From an uncultured Gemmatimonadaceae bacterium (GTDB taxonomy: Bacteria; Gemmatimonadota; Gemmatimonadetes; Gemmatimonadales; Gemmatimonadaceae): DNA of 64,000 bases. Below the pieces are notes generated by a model. It had not been told where the DNA came from and did no database searches. It saw nothing but the letters and a program-made list of their open reading frames with translations. Each line of letters begins with the position of its first letter. Positions within the stretch are counted from its first letter, which is position 1. Both the position numbers and the translations under genes were made by a program. The stretch spans positions 320,001 through 384,000 of the forward strand of contig CAWAGQ010000004.1 of NCBI GenBank assembly GCA_963781585.1, given 5' to 3'. Below are positions 9,806 to 22,572 of the stretch, piece after piece.

Positions 9806-9834
9806 CCCCCGGCTCCCGCGTCAGACGGACGATC

Positions 9835-10008
9835 TCAGCTCGCTCCCGGCTTCCGACGCCGCACGCGGTCCTGCAACCACGTCAGAGGAATCAGAAACAG
9901 CGGCGTAAGCATGTGACCGAGCAGCAGATTCACCCAGATCAAGGCCAGATAGAATCCACCAAGCGCGAGCCCGGCCCAAAGTGTTCCCAGCGGTCCGTGA
10001 GTCTCCAC
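9835..10008 (-). CDS. Small (57 aa) membrane protein, hypothetical
   Basis: GTG start preceded by GAGGA; hydrophobic core and basic tail; followed by an intrinsic terminator. Confidence 0.55.
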   Translation of the reverse strand: METHGPLGTLWAGLALGGFYLALIWVNLLLGHMLTPLFLIPLTWLQDRVRRRKPGAS

Positions 10009-10154
10009 CCGTCCATTCCTCGTTCGCGGTATCCAGCTCAGAAAAAATAGTGCGGGGCAGAGCAGCGGGCCAGAGCGCGGGGGCGCTGTCGTCATCGTCG
10101 CTCCGGAACGAACAGCGGCCGCACACCGGAGGCGGTCGGCAGTACCTTTCGCCA

Positions 10155-11471
10155 ATGACCGAGGTGACCCAGGACGTCATTCTCCATTCGGTTGCGGCGC
10201 TGCTCGCTCGGCGTGCGCGTCTGGTACTCGCCGTGTCCGGCGGGATCGACTCGATGACGCTGCTCGACGCGGTGTCGCGTGCGCGCAGTCCGCATCATCA
10301 CATCGTTGTGGCGTCGTTCGACCACGGCACGGGAGCGAGTGCCAGGGAGGCAGTGGCCGTGGCCGCGTTCGAATCCTCGCGACGCGGCCTTGCGGTTCGC
10401 ACCGAGTCGGTCTCGCACTCCCGAGCCACCGAGGCCGTCTGGCGGGACGCGCGATGGCGCTTCCTCCGAGCGGTGGCGGATGCCGAGAACGCGATCGTGG
10501 TGACCGGCCACACGCGCGACGACCAGATCGAAACGGTGTTCATGCGGCTGCTGCGCGGCACCGGACCCCGGGGCCTGGCCGGGTTGCTCGAGTCGCCTCG
10601 CATCGCGCGTCCGCTCCTCCCGCGTTCTCGCCGTGAGGTGGAGCGATACGCGACTGCGCATGGCGTCCGATTCGTGGAGGATCCCTCGAACAGCTCGCGG
10701 CAACACCAACGCAATCGGGTGCGATGGGATCTGCTCCCGGCACTCCGCGCTGTTGTTCCCGGATTCGACGACTCGTTGCTCGCGCTCGCGGCGCAGGCCG
10801 CCGACTGGCGAGCGGACTTCGACGCGGTCGTCGGCTTCTTCATGCGGGCGCCACCTCGGGACGGCGAAGTCGAGGTCGACGCGGACACGCTTCGCGGATA
10901 CCCGGCCTGGATGTTGAGGTACCTGTGGCAGGCCATTGCGGCCGCGGGCGGCATCACGCTGGACCGGCGCGCGCTGACTCGCCTGGCGCGCTTCGCCGAG
11001 CGAGGCCGCTGCGGACAGCGGGTGCCGGTGTCGGGCGGGGTCGAAGTCATCCGTGGACGCTCGTCGTTCTGGATGCGACGAGTACTGACCGGAGCGCCCA
11101 TCGGTCTATGCAGCCTGCCGAAGGGCGGCGAGCTAAGCTACGGACCGTGGCACTTCCGCCCCCTTCCCGGGACTACTATTAACAGCATCGGCCGTGACCC
11201 CTGGGTAACCGCGCTGCCGGCCAACAGCGATCTGGCCGTTCGGGCCTGGCAACCCGGTGATCGCATGCTTGTTGGAGCGGACGGGTCGGAGCGGAAGGTC
11301 AAGCGCTTCTTCTCGGACGCTGGTGTTGTGGGACCCATGCGGGAGGGATGGCCGGTTGTCCTTCTCGAAGGCAAGGTCGTCTGGATTCCAGGAATTCGTC
11401 GCGGTTTGTCATCCATCCGTTGGAACCAGAGAGAACCCATACTCTACCGCTGTGAGCGTCTCACTCGGTGA
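10155..11471 (+). CDS. tilS: tRNA(Ile)-lysidine synthetase
   Basis: PP-loop AVSGGIDS, GHTRDDQIET, RPLL, EDPSN and RNRVR; synteny with hpt-ftsH. Confidence 0.93.
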   Translation: MTEVTQDVILHSVAALLARRARLVLAVSGGIDSMTLLDAVSRARSPHHHIVVASFDHGTGASAREAVAVAAFESSRRGLAVRTESVSHSRATEAVWRDARWRFLRAVADAENAIVVTGHTRDDQIETVFMRLLRGTGPRGLAGLLESPRIARPLLPRSRREVERYATAHGVRFVEDPSNSSRQHQRNRVRWDLLPALRAVVPGFDDSLLALAAQAADWRADFDAVVGFFMRAPPRDGEVEVDADTLRGYPAWMLRYLWQAIAAAGGITLDRRALTRLARFAERGRCGQRVPVSGGVEVIRGRSSFWMRRVLTGAPIGLCSLPKGGELSYGPWHFRPLPGTTINSIGRDPWVTALPANSDLAVRAWQPGDRMLVGADGSERKVKRFFSDAGVVGPMREGWPVVLLEGKVVWIPGIRRGLSSIRWNQREPILYRCERLTR

Positions 11472-12003
11472 TCCGCGGCTGCAGGGGCGTGCCATCCGGC
11501 GCGTCGTCTACTCGACCGAACAGATCGCGGCGCGGGTACGCGAGCTCGGTCGGGAGATCACGGGCGCCTACCCGGACGGGGATCTGCTGGTTCTGGGGCT
11601 GCTCAAGGGGAGCTTCATTTTCGTGAGCGACCTGGTGCGGCAGATCACGCGGCCGCTGCAGGTGGATTTCCTGGTGGTGGCCAGCTACGGGAACGAGCTG
11701 GTGTCGAGCGGCCAGGTGCGGCTCGTGTACGATCCGGAGACAGTCCTGGGAGGGAAGCACATCCTGGTGGTGGAAGATGTGGTGGATTCGGGGCGAACCC
11801 TCAGCAGGGTCATCGACGTACTAATGGAGAGACACCCGGCTTCCCTGGAAGTGTGCGCCATGCTGGACAAGCACGTATCGACGCATCTGGCACGTCCGCC
11901 GAGGTTCATCGGATTCGACGCGCCGCCCGAGTTCCTCGTCGGTTACGGCCTGGATCATGCGGAGAACTTCCGTCACTTGCCCTATATTGCGAGTCTGCAG
12001 TAG
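11452..12003 (+). CDS. hpt: Hypoxanthine phosphoribosyltransferase
   Basis: LKGSFIF, PRPP motif ILVVEDVVDSGRTL, and FLVGYGLD. Confidence 0.95.
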   Translation: MSVSLGDPRLQGRAIRRVVYSTEQIAARVRELGREITGAYPDGDLLVLGLLKGSFIFVSDLVRQITRPLQVDFLVVASYGNELVSSGQVRLVYDPETVLGGKHILVVEDVVDSGRTLSRVIDVLMERHPASLEVCAMLDKHVSTHLARPPRFIGFDAPPEFLVGYGLDHAENFRHLPYIASLQ

Positions 12004-12016
12004 GGCGGAAGGATAC

Positions 12017-13995
<1,979 letters not shown>

Positions 13996-13996
<1 letters not shown>

Positions 13997-14943
13997 TGGC
14001 GTCCGAGCGTTTCACGCCGCACGAGGGCGGGACGCGCACCACGGGAGAAGGGAAGCGCGGCGCTTCGGACGGCGGAACGCCGCGCTGGCGTCTGTTTGGC
14101 GCAGATGTGGCGCTCTCGCGTCCGGTGGTCGTGGGAATTCTGAACGTCACGCCCGATTCGTTCAGCGACGGGGGCCGCTACTCCACGGTCGAGGCTGCGG
14201 TCGCCGCGGCGGAAGAAATGGCTCGCGACGGGGCTGACGTACTCGACATCGGTGGCGAGTCCACGCGACCCGGCTCCCAGCGGGTCTCCGAAGAGGAAGA
14301 GCTGCGGCGCGTGATGCCGGTACTGCGCGCGGTGCGACGCCGCGTTCCGGAGCTCCCGATCTCGCTCGACACGACCCGGAGCAGCGTTGCCGGAGCGGGG
14401 CTTGGCGAAGGCGCCAATGCGATCAATGATGTCTCCGGGCTCCGCCTCGATCCGGATCTCGCCAACGTCGTGGCGGGCATTGGCGCCGGCCTCGTCCTCA
14501 TGCACTCGCGCGGTGGCGCGGACCAGATGGCGAGCTACGACCTCGCCGAGTACGGTGGCGACGTGACCGGGGCCGTTGTCGCGGAGGTCCAGGTGGCGCT
14601 GTCGCGCGCGCGCGAGGCCGGGGTTCGCGACCACTCCATTGTTCTCGATCCGGGTATTGGATTCGCGAAACGCGGCGACCAGTCGCTCACGGTGCTCCGG
14701 GAGCTTGATCGGCTGGCCGTGCTGGGTCTTCCCATCATGGTGGGCGCCTCGCGCAAGCGCGTGGTGGCGGACATCACCGGCGAGATCGTGCCGGCGCAGC
14801 GTGTCTACGGGAGCGTTGGCCTGCACATCGCCGCCCTCCAGCGCGGTGCCCGACTCTTTCGCGTGCACGACGTGAGGGCGCACCGGCAGGCGCTGGACGC
14901 GGCATGGCGCGTCCTCGGTCCGGGCGATCGCGTCACGGCATGA
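13996..14943 (+). CDS. folP: Dihydropteroate synthase
   Basis: GILNVTPDSFSDGG, GGESTRPG, DPGIGFAK, SRKR and RVHDV. The start may be slightly downstream. Confidence 0.95.
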
Positions 14944-16955
14944 CCGCGGGGCCCTCCGATGCGCGGGCCGTCGGGGCGCGCGAGCCGCGTCGGGCGGCGG
15001 AGCGCGGCGCGGGCGTCATGGTGTGCGCCTTTCTCCTGCTGGTGTACTTCGTGTCGCTGGCGCCCGACGTGACACTGTGGGATGCGGGCGAGTTCAACGC
15101 CGCAATCGCCACGCTGGGCATTCCTCATCCGCCGGGGACGCCCCTCTATGTACTCGTAGCCCACGTGTGGGCGCGCCTGTTGCCGCTGTTATCGCAGGTG
15201 GTGGCGGTGAACGCGCTCTCGGCCGTTGCCACGGCTGCGGCGTGTGGACTGCTGGCGCGGCGGATCACAGCCTGGACGGGGAGCGCCGTGTCGGGAATCG
15301 CCGCAGGAGTGACCGCGGGAATCATGTTTTCTGTATGGCAGAACGCCACGGAAACCGAGGTGTACGCGCTCTCCTTGTTGCTGGCGATATCGCTGCTGAT
15401 CGTCGGCGATCGTGCCGGCCGGACGGGATCGGTGCGGCACGCGGTGCTGCTGGTGTACCTGATGGCGCTGTCGATTCCACTGCAGATCAGCGCGCTGGTG
15501 TCGGCGCCCGCGGCCATTCTGCTCGCCAGCACCACCGACGCGGGGCGGATCTCCCGCGAGCGCCTTGTCTCGTTAGGTGCCGCCTTCGCGATGGTGGTCG
15601 GCCTCGGGGTGGGAGCCGCCTGGCTGGTGGTGGCCGGGGCCCTCGTGCTGTTCGGCCTGTCCGGCTACCGCGTGGTACGACGGCAGGCGAGCAACGTGGC
15701 GGCCTGGCGGCTGATAGGGGCCGTGGCGGTGGGAGCCAGCGCCGTGGTGTTCATGCTGATCCGTGCGGCGCACGACCCGGGAGTCAACCAGGGCGATCCG
15801 GCCAGGTGGCGCGCCCTGGCCGATGTCGTCGCCCGACGCCAGTACGACGTCCCTCCGCTCTGGCCGCGCCGCGCACCCATCTGGCTGCAGCTCGGCAATC
15901 TCGTGCAGTACAGCGACTGGCAGGTAGCGGCCGGGCTCGACGCGTCGCCCGGACCATCGTGGCTCCGCACCCCCTGGACCATTGCGTTCGGCCTCCTGGC
16001 CGCAGTCGGCGCCCGGTGGCACTGGAACCGCGAACGCCGGAGTGCCACCGCCATGGCGCTGCTGTTCGCCTGCGCCTCGTTAGGTGTGGTGGGCGTACTC
16101 AATCTGCGCGCCGGACCGAGCATCGGCATCGGCGTCCTGCCGGCCGACGCCGTCCACGAGCCGCGCGAGCGGGACTATTTCTTCGCGTTGGCCTTCGTCG
16201 TGGCGGGTGCGTGGGCGGGAATGGGTGGCGTGGCGGTGGCCGGTCGTCTCGGGAGACGACGGCGGTGGCTCGGTCTGGCAACGGCGGTGCCGCTCGCCCT
16301 CAACTGGCAGGCCACCGACCGCCGCCGACAGCCCGATGCCTCGCTCCCCGACGCCCTGGGCGTCTCGCTCCTGTCGTCCTCGCCGCCGCGTGCGGTACTG
16401 CTGCTCGCCGGCGACAACGACTCGTACGCGACGTGGTTTGAGCAGCAGGTGCACGATCTGCGCAAGGACGTCACGCCGATAACGCTTCCCCTGCTCGGCG
16501 CCGACTGGTACCGCGCCGAACTGGCGCGCCGGGATTCACTCCTGCCAGCGCGCGCGGTGTCGGAGTGGGTCGGTACCGAAGCCACCCTTCGGTTCATTCG
16601 CGAGCAAGCAGCGCGCCTCGGCCGACCGGTTGTCGCGGCCGTTTCGATTCCTCGACAGACCCGCGAGGCGATCGCACCGGACTGGGTGCTGAGCGGAATG
16701 GTGTTTGTGGAGCGCGGGGCGGACCGGGGCGCTCCGACGGTCATCGTGTCCGGCGCGCCTGTCGATCCACGCGCGGCCCGGACCGCTGCACGAGACATCG
16801 CGGCCCGGGTGCCTCAGCTGTCACGTCCGGCTCGGGACCCTGCGGGCACGTACGTCCAGCAGCTGCTGAGCTGCCCGTCGCGCGCGGTGCGCGAAATCGA
16901 CTCCATCTCTACCGGTCGCGACGGTTTACTTGATTCGTGGTGTAACCTCAAGTAG
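14940..16955 (+). CDS. DUF2723 (TMEM260-like, GT-C fold) polytopic membrane protein
   Basis: WDAGEF, LGIPHPPGTPLY, ETEVYAL, PRERDYFF and GDND, plus many TM segments. Confidence 0.8.
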   Translation: MTAGPSDARAVGAREPRRAAERGAGVMVCAFLLLVYFVSLAPDVTLWDAGEFNAAIATLGIPHPPGTPLYVLVAHVWARLLPLLSQVVAVNALSAVATAAACGLLARRITAWTGSAVSGIAAGVTAGIMFSVWQNATETEVYALSLLLAISLLIVGDRAGRTGSVRHAVLLVYLMALSIPLQISALVSAPAAILLASTTDAGRISRERLVSLGAAFAMVVGLGVGAAWLVVAGALVLFGLSGYRVVRRQASNVAAWRLIGAVAVGASAVVFMLIRAAHDPGVNQGDPARWRALADVVARRQYDVPPLWPRRAPIWLQLGNLVQYSDWQVAAGLDASPGPSWLRTPWTIAFGLLAAVGARWHWNRERRSATAMALLFACASLGVVGVLNLRAGPSIGIGVLPADAVHEPRERDYFFALAFVVAGAWAGMGGVAVAGRLGRRRRWLGLATAVPLALNWQATDRRRQPDASLPDALGVSLLSSSPPRAVLLLAGDNDSYATWFEQQVHDLRKDVTPITLPLLGADWYRAELARRDSLLPARAVSEWVGTEATLRFIREQAARLGRPVVAAVSIPRQTREAIAPDWVLSGMVFVERGADRGAPTVIVSGAPVDPRAARTAARDIAARVPQLSRPARDPAGTYVQQLLSCPSRAVREIDSISTGRDGLLDSWCNLK

Positions 16956-16958
16956 TAT
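16930..16958 (+). promoter_or_regulatory. Sigma70-type promoter for yggS-divIVA
   Basis: TTGATT-17 bp-TAGTAT, ending 8 nt before the ATG. Confidence 0.55.
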
Positions 16959-16966
16959 GGGATGTT

Positions 16967-17650
16967 ATGTCGTTCGTCGGACTGGCTGATCGATTCGCTG
17001 ACGTCCGCCACAGAATTGCCGCGGCGGTGTCGCGTGGGGGGCACGGCCAGGCGGTGAAAGTGGTGGCAGTGACGAAGACGCATGGCGCCGAGGCGGTACA
17101 GGCGGCTTGGACGGCGGGGTTGGGGGCGGTGGGTGAGAACCGGGTACAGGAGGCGTTGGCGAAGATGGAGCAGTGCGCGGTGCCGGTGGAGTGGCATCTG
17201 ATCGGTCATTTGCAGCGAAACAAGGTGAAGCACCTGGGACGTTTTGCGTTGTTTCATGCGCTGGATAGCGTGCGCCTGGCCGAGGCGGCGGCGCTGCACG
17301 GTCGTGCGACCGGGGAACGGTATGCGGTTCTGGTGCAGGTGAATGCGTCGGGAGAGACGACCAAGGGAGGTTTCTCCCTGGCTGAGCTGCCTGCGGAAGC
17401 GGATCGGCTGCGGGGGACGCGTGAACTGGATGTGCGTGGCGTGATGACCATGGCGCCTCTGGACGCGGACGAGGCCACCCTGCGCTCGGCGTTCGGAGCC
17501 TGCCGGGACGCGCTGCGGATGTTACGCGAAGCGGGGCACGAAGCGTCGGAGTTGTCGATGGGGATGTCAAACGATTTCGAGGTGGCTGTTGAAGAGGGAG
17601 CGACGATGGTGCGTTTAGGGACGATCCTGTTCGGAGCGCGAGAGCCATGA
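16967..17650 (+). CDS. yggS: PLP homeostasis protein YggS
   Basis: VAVTKT, GENRVQE, WHLIGHLQRNK, LSMGMSNDF and GATMVRLGT. Confidence 0.95.
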   Translation: MSFVGLADRFADVRHRIAAAVSRGGHGQAVKVVAVTKTHGAEAVQAAWTAGLGAVGENRVQEALAKMEQCAVPVEWHLIGHLQRNKVKHLGRFALFHALDSVRLAEAAALHGRATGERYAVLVQVNASGETTKGGFSLAELPAEADRLRGTRELDVRGVMTMAPLDADEATLRSAFGACRDALRMLREAGHEASELSMGMSNDFEVAVEEGATMVRLGTILFGAREP

Positions 17651-18201
17651 CCGACGAGTCGTTTCATCTCACCCCGCTCGACATCCGGCGCTACGATTTT
17701 GGCAGCGCCCTGCGCGGATACGACAAGACCCGCGTGGATCAGTTTCGCGACCAGGTCGCGAACGAAGTCGAGCGACTCGTCAAGCAGTGCCAGGATCTCG
17801 AGGCCAAGGCGCGCGGATTCCACGAGCAGCTGCGGGCATTTCGCGAGCGGGACAAGGCGCTCAACGAGGCGCTCGTCTCCGCCCAGCAGTTGCGCGCCGA
17901 GATTCGCGAGCAGGCCGATCGCGAGGCGCAACTCATCCTGCGGGAGGCGCGTGCCGAGGGAGAGCGGCAGCTCGACCAGCTGCGCCTCGAGATGCACCGG
18001 GTGGAAGGCGACATCGACACCCTCGTCAAGCGACGGCGGTCGTACCTGGCGCAGCTCCGTTCGGTGGTGGAGCATCAGCTGGCGGACATCGAGGCCGCCG
18101 AGGCGGCGCCGAGTTCCATGTCTCCGGGCGACAGCGCCGACTCGCGGGCCCGCGACAATACGGAGACCCCCGCCTGGCTGGATGAACTGGTGAAGGAGTA
18201 G
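17647..18201 (+). CDS. divIVA: DivIVA domain protein
   Basis: LTPLDI...F...LRGYD...VD.F followed by a coiled coil. Confidence 0.9.
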   Translation: MTDESFHLTPLDIRRYDFGSALRGYDKTRVDQFRDQVANEVERLVKQCQDLEAKARGFHEQLRAFRERDKALNEALVSAQQLRAEIREQADREAQLILREARAEGERQLDQLRLEMHRVEGDIDTLVKRRRSYLAQLRSVVEHQLADIEAAEAAPSSMSPGDSADSRARDNTETPAWLDELVKE

Positions 18202-18295
18202 GCGCGGGGCGCGCACTCGCGACGCGGACATCCGGCGCAAAACGAGGGACTGCTGCTAGATTCCCTCGTTTGTCTTTCCGCCATTGGCGCCGCTC

Positions 18296-19147
18296 ATGAC
18301 GATGCCCGGATTGGATCAGGTCACGCAGAAGCTTGAACAGGTGGATGCGGCGGCCGACGTCGTGCGACGTCGCTCGGGCGTCGTGCCGCAGGCTGCCGTG
18401 ATCATCGGGACTGGGCTGGGTGCGCTGGCAACGCGCATCGAATCCGCGACCGTGATCCCGTACGCGGACATCCCGGGCTTCCCACGTCCCACCGTGGAAA
18501 CGCACGCCGGCCGCCTGCTGTGCGGTGAACTGTCCGGACGCCAGGTGGTGGCGATGGAAGGGCGCTTCCACCGGTACGAGGGATACTCTCTGCAGCAGGT
18601 GACCTTCCCGGTCCGGGTGCTGCGCGCGTTAGGCGCACGGGTCTTGGTGGTCTCGAATGCGGGCGGCGGGATGCACCCCCTGTGGGAGGCCGGCGACCTG
18701 ATGCTGCTTGCCGATCACATCAATCTGCTGGGAGACAACCCGCTGGTGGGACCGAACGATGACCGCCTGGGTCCGCGGTTCCCGGACATGTCCGAGCCAT
18801 ACGATCCGGGACTGCGGGCGCTGGCCAGGGAGGTGGCCGCGGCGCAGGGCATCCACCTGCGCGAAGGTGTGTACGTGGCGGTGAGCGGCCCGAACCTGGA
18901 GACGCGCGCCGAATACCGGATGCTGCGCGCGCTGGGCGCGGATGTGGTCGGCATGTCCACGGTTCCCGAGGTGATCGTCGCCGTCCACGGGGGGATGCGC
19001 GTACTGGGCCTCTCGATCATCACCGATCTGTGCCTGCCCGACGCGCTGGCTCCGGCCAGCGTGGCGGACATCATCGCCACCGCGGCGCGGGCCGAGCCGC
19101 ACCTGACCGCCGTGATCACCGGCGTGCTGCGGCGTCTCGACACATGA
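18296..19147 (+). CDS. punA: Purine nucleoside phosphorylase (trimeric type)
   Basis: IIGTGLG, HAGRL, GRFHRYEGY, GPNLETRAE and VGMSTVPE. Start uncertain (18284-18302). Confidence 0.9.
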   Translation: MTMPGLDQVTQKLEQVDAAADVVRRRSGVVPQAAVIIGTGLGALATRIESATVIPYADIPGFPRPTVETHAGRLLCGELSGRQVVAMEGRFHRYEGYSLQQVTFPVRVLRALGARVLVVSNAGGGMHPLWEAGDLMLLADHINLLGDNPLVGPNDDRLGPRFPDMSEPYDPGLRALAREVAAAQGIHLREGVYVAVSGPNLETRAEYRMLRALGADVVGMSTVPEVIVAVHGGMRVLGLSIITDLCLPDALAPASVADIIATAARAEPHLTAVITGVLRRLDT

Positions 19148-22100
19148 CCGCGCTCCGCCGGTATCGCGTGCTGCCAGCCGATCGGCCGGCCGACGATCTC
19201 GAGCGCGAGCTGCTGGAGCGCTGGCGCGACGAAGGGTTGTTCGAGCGCTCCCTGCAGGAGCGCGCGACCAGTGGAGCGCCGCCGTTCGTGTTCTTCGAGG
19301 GGCCGCCCACCGCGAACGGGCGACCCGGTATCCATCACGTCTTCTCGCGCACCATCAAGGACCTCTTCTGCCGGCACCGCCACATGCGCGGCTTCCACGT
19401 GCTGCGCAAGGCGGGATGGGATACCCACGGGCTCCCGGTGGAAATCGAGGTCGAGAAGGAACTCGGCATCAACGGCAAGCAGGAGATCGAAGCGTTAGGC
19501 GTGGAGGAGTTCAATCGTCGGTGCCGGGAGAGTGTCTTCCGGTATCGCAGCGAGTTCGAGCAGCTCTCGGAGCGCATCGCGTACTGGCTGGACTACGGCC
19601 ACCCCTACGTGACCTACTCCAACCAGTACATCGAGAGCGTCTGGTGGGCCCTCAAGACGCTCCATGCGAAGGAGCGCCTGTACCGGGGACACAAGATTCT
19701 TCCGTACTGTCCGCGCTGCGGTACCGCCCTGTCGAGCCACGAAGTGGCGCAGGGGTACGAGGACGTCGAGGATCCGAGCGTGTACGTGGCGCTGGAACTG
19801 CGGGCCGCCAGCGAGGAGGCGCCGTCTCCGTCCGGCGAGCAGGTGGTGGCGCCGGTGGGGGCGGGCGTAGCGACACCGGCGGACGGCTCGCGGCGCCGGT
19901 TGCTCGTGTGGACGACCACGCCGTGGACCCTGGTCTCGAACGTGGCGCTCGCCGTCCATCCCGACCTCGAGTACGTCGAGGTGCGCAAACGGAAAGGCGC
20001 CGACTGGACGTTGGTCCTCGCCGCGGCGCGGGCCGGCGCCGTGCTCGGTGACGACTACGCCGACCGGTGGGAGATCGTCGGGCGGCTCACGGGGCGCGAT
20101 CTGGTCGGCCGTCGCTACCGCCGTCCACTGGATTGGGTGCCGATTGCGCCGGGGAGTGGGGAACACGAACTGATCGTCGCCGGCGACTTCGTCTCGGCAG
20201 AGGACGGGAGCGGCATCGTGCATCTGGCACCGGCGTTCGGGGCAGACGACTACGCGATGGGTCGACGCCACGACCTCGCCTTCCTGCAGCCGGTCAATGC
20301 ACGCGGCGAGTTCGGCGAGGAGGTGCCGGTGGTGGCGGGGAAATGGATCAAGGACGCCGACCCGCTGATCATCGCCGAGCTGCGCCGCCGTGACACGCTG
20401 TGGAAGACGACCACCATCACGCACGCGTATCCGCACTGCTGGCGGTGCCGCACGCCGCTCTTGTACTACGCGCGCGGCTCCTGGTTCGTGCGCACGACCG
20501 TCCTACAAGGAGCAGATGCTCGCCCGCAACGCGCGCGTCGAGTGGCATCCGCCGGAGGTGGGAGAAGGACGTTTCGGTGAATGGCTGAAGAACAACATCG
20601 ACTGGGCGATCTCGCGAGACCGCTACTGGGGAACGCCGCTGCCGGTCTGGATCTGCGAGGAGAACGATCAGCACGTGGAGGTCATCGGTTCGTACGCCGA
20701 GCTCGCAACGAAGGTGGGAAAGACCCTTCCCGACGATTTCGATCCGCACAAGCCGTTCATCGACCAGTACCAGTGGCCGTGCCAGCGGTGCGCTGCCGCC
20801 GGCACGCCACGCACGACGCGCGCGGGGCAGGATCCCGGCGACGCACCGGCGCCACGCATGCGCCGGGTGCCGGAGGTCATCGACGCCTGGTTCGATTCGG
20901 GGTCGATGCCGTTCGCACAGTGGCACTTTCCGTTCGACAACCGGGAGATGATGTCCGCGCAGTACCCGGCCGACCTGATCGCCGAAGGCGTGGACCAGAC
21001 GCGCGGATGGTTCTACTCGCTGCTCGCGATCGCCACCGGGCTGGGGGACGCGCTGCCGCATAACGAGGACATCGCGAACAGGCCTCCGCATGCCGGCCGG
21101 CAGCCCGGCGCGGTGACGCTCGGCGCTCCTCGCAACAGCGAGCGCGTTGCGCCGTCCTACGACTCGGCTCCCTACCGGAGCGTGGTGGTCAACGATAACG
21201 TGCTCGACGCGACTGGCGTGAAGATGTCGAAGAGCCGGGGCAACGTGGTGGACCCGTGGGACGTGATGACCCGTCACGGCGCGGACGCGGTGCGGCTCTT
21301 TCTGGTTGCCGCAAGCCAGCTCGACGTCCCCCGGCGATTCGACGAGAACGCACTGCGTGAGACGGCCGCCCGGTTCCTGGTGACGTTGAAGAACGTCTAC
21401 AGCGGCATCTTCGCGCAGTACGCGAATTTCGGCTGGGAACTGTCGGATCGGGATCCGGCACCGGACCATCGCCCGTTGATCGACCAGTGGATCCTGTCGC
21501 GGACCCGCAGCGTCGAGCTCGAGGCCGACCGCCTGCTCGACGCGTGCGACGCCACGTCGGCCGCCCGCCTCGTCATGGGATTCGTCGTCGACGACGTCTC
21601 CAACTGGTACGTCCGGCTGAACCGCCACCGCTTCTTCAGCGTGGCCGGCGACGACAACCGATCCGCGTTCGCGACCCTCCACGAATCGCTACTCGTCATC
21701 AGCCGATTGCTGGCGCCGTTCACGCCGTTCATCAGTGATCTGATCCATCGCGAGCTGGCCGACGAGAGCGTTCACCTGGCACCGTACGTTCGCACGCGCG
21801 CGTTCCCTCCGCACCCCGAGCTGGAGGCAGCGATGACGGAGGTGCGCGAGCTGTCGCGCCTGGGACGCGCAGCGCGGGAGGACGCCGCGGTCGCGGTAAG
21901 ACGGCCCCTGTCACGCCTTCTGTGCGTGGTTCCGGCTGCACACGTGGAGCGCGACCGACCCCTGTTACCGCTGCTGGCGCTCGAACTCAACGTGAAGGAG
22001 GTCGTACTGCTCACGTCGGCCGATGAGCTCGTTCGGCTCAATGCGAAGCCGAACTACCGTAGTCTCGGCAAGCGGTTCGGCAAGAGCACACCACTCGCGG

Positions 22101-22570
22101 CGAAAGCGGCCGAAGGGTTGCCAAGCGACGTGCTGCGCGCGTTCGAGCGGGGTGAAGCGCTCGCAATCTCGGTCGAAGGGCAGACGCACGTCCTCGAACC
22201 GGAAGACCTCACGATTGTGCGGCGCGCAGCCGGCGACCTGGTGGTGAAGGAATCGGTCGGCCTGTTCGCCGCGATCGATCCGACAATCACGGATTCGTTG
22301 CGCGGCGAGGGGTTGGCGCGTGAGTTGGTGAGCCGAATCCAGCGCATGCGCAAGGAAGCCCGGCTGGCCGTCTCGGACCGCATTCGAGTGTGGGTGGATG
22401 GTCCGGGCGAGATCGAACGGGTGGTTCGCGAGTATAAGGAGGCTATTTCCGGCGAAGTGCTGGCACGGGAGCTCGTTGCCGGCAGAAACCCGGCGGACGT
22501 TGAATCCGCGGTGCAAACAGTGGAGATTGACGGACTTGCTGTTCGCATCGCCTTGACCCTGGATACCTGA
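19144..22570 (+). CDS. ileS: Isoleucyl-tRNA synthetase type 2, with an apparent one-base insertion near 20500
   Basis: EGPPTANGRPGIHH, GWDTHGLP, WTTTPWT, WAISRDRYWGTP, EGVDQTRGWF and KMSKS. The two halves lie in different frames around FVRTT / YKEQM. Confidence 0.93.
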
Positions 22571-22572
22571 AC

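Noticed and set aside
20490..20510. Programmed ribosomal frameshift in ileS
   Set aside because: No slippery heptamer or homopolymer; a second unrelated indel in osmC favours sequencing error.
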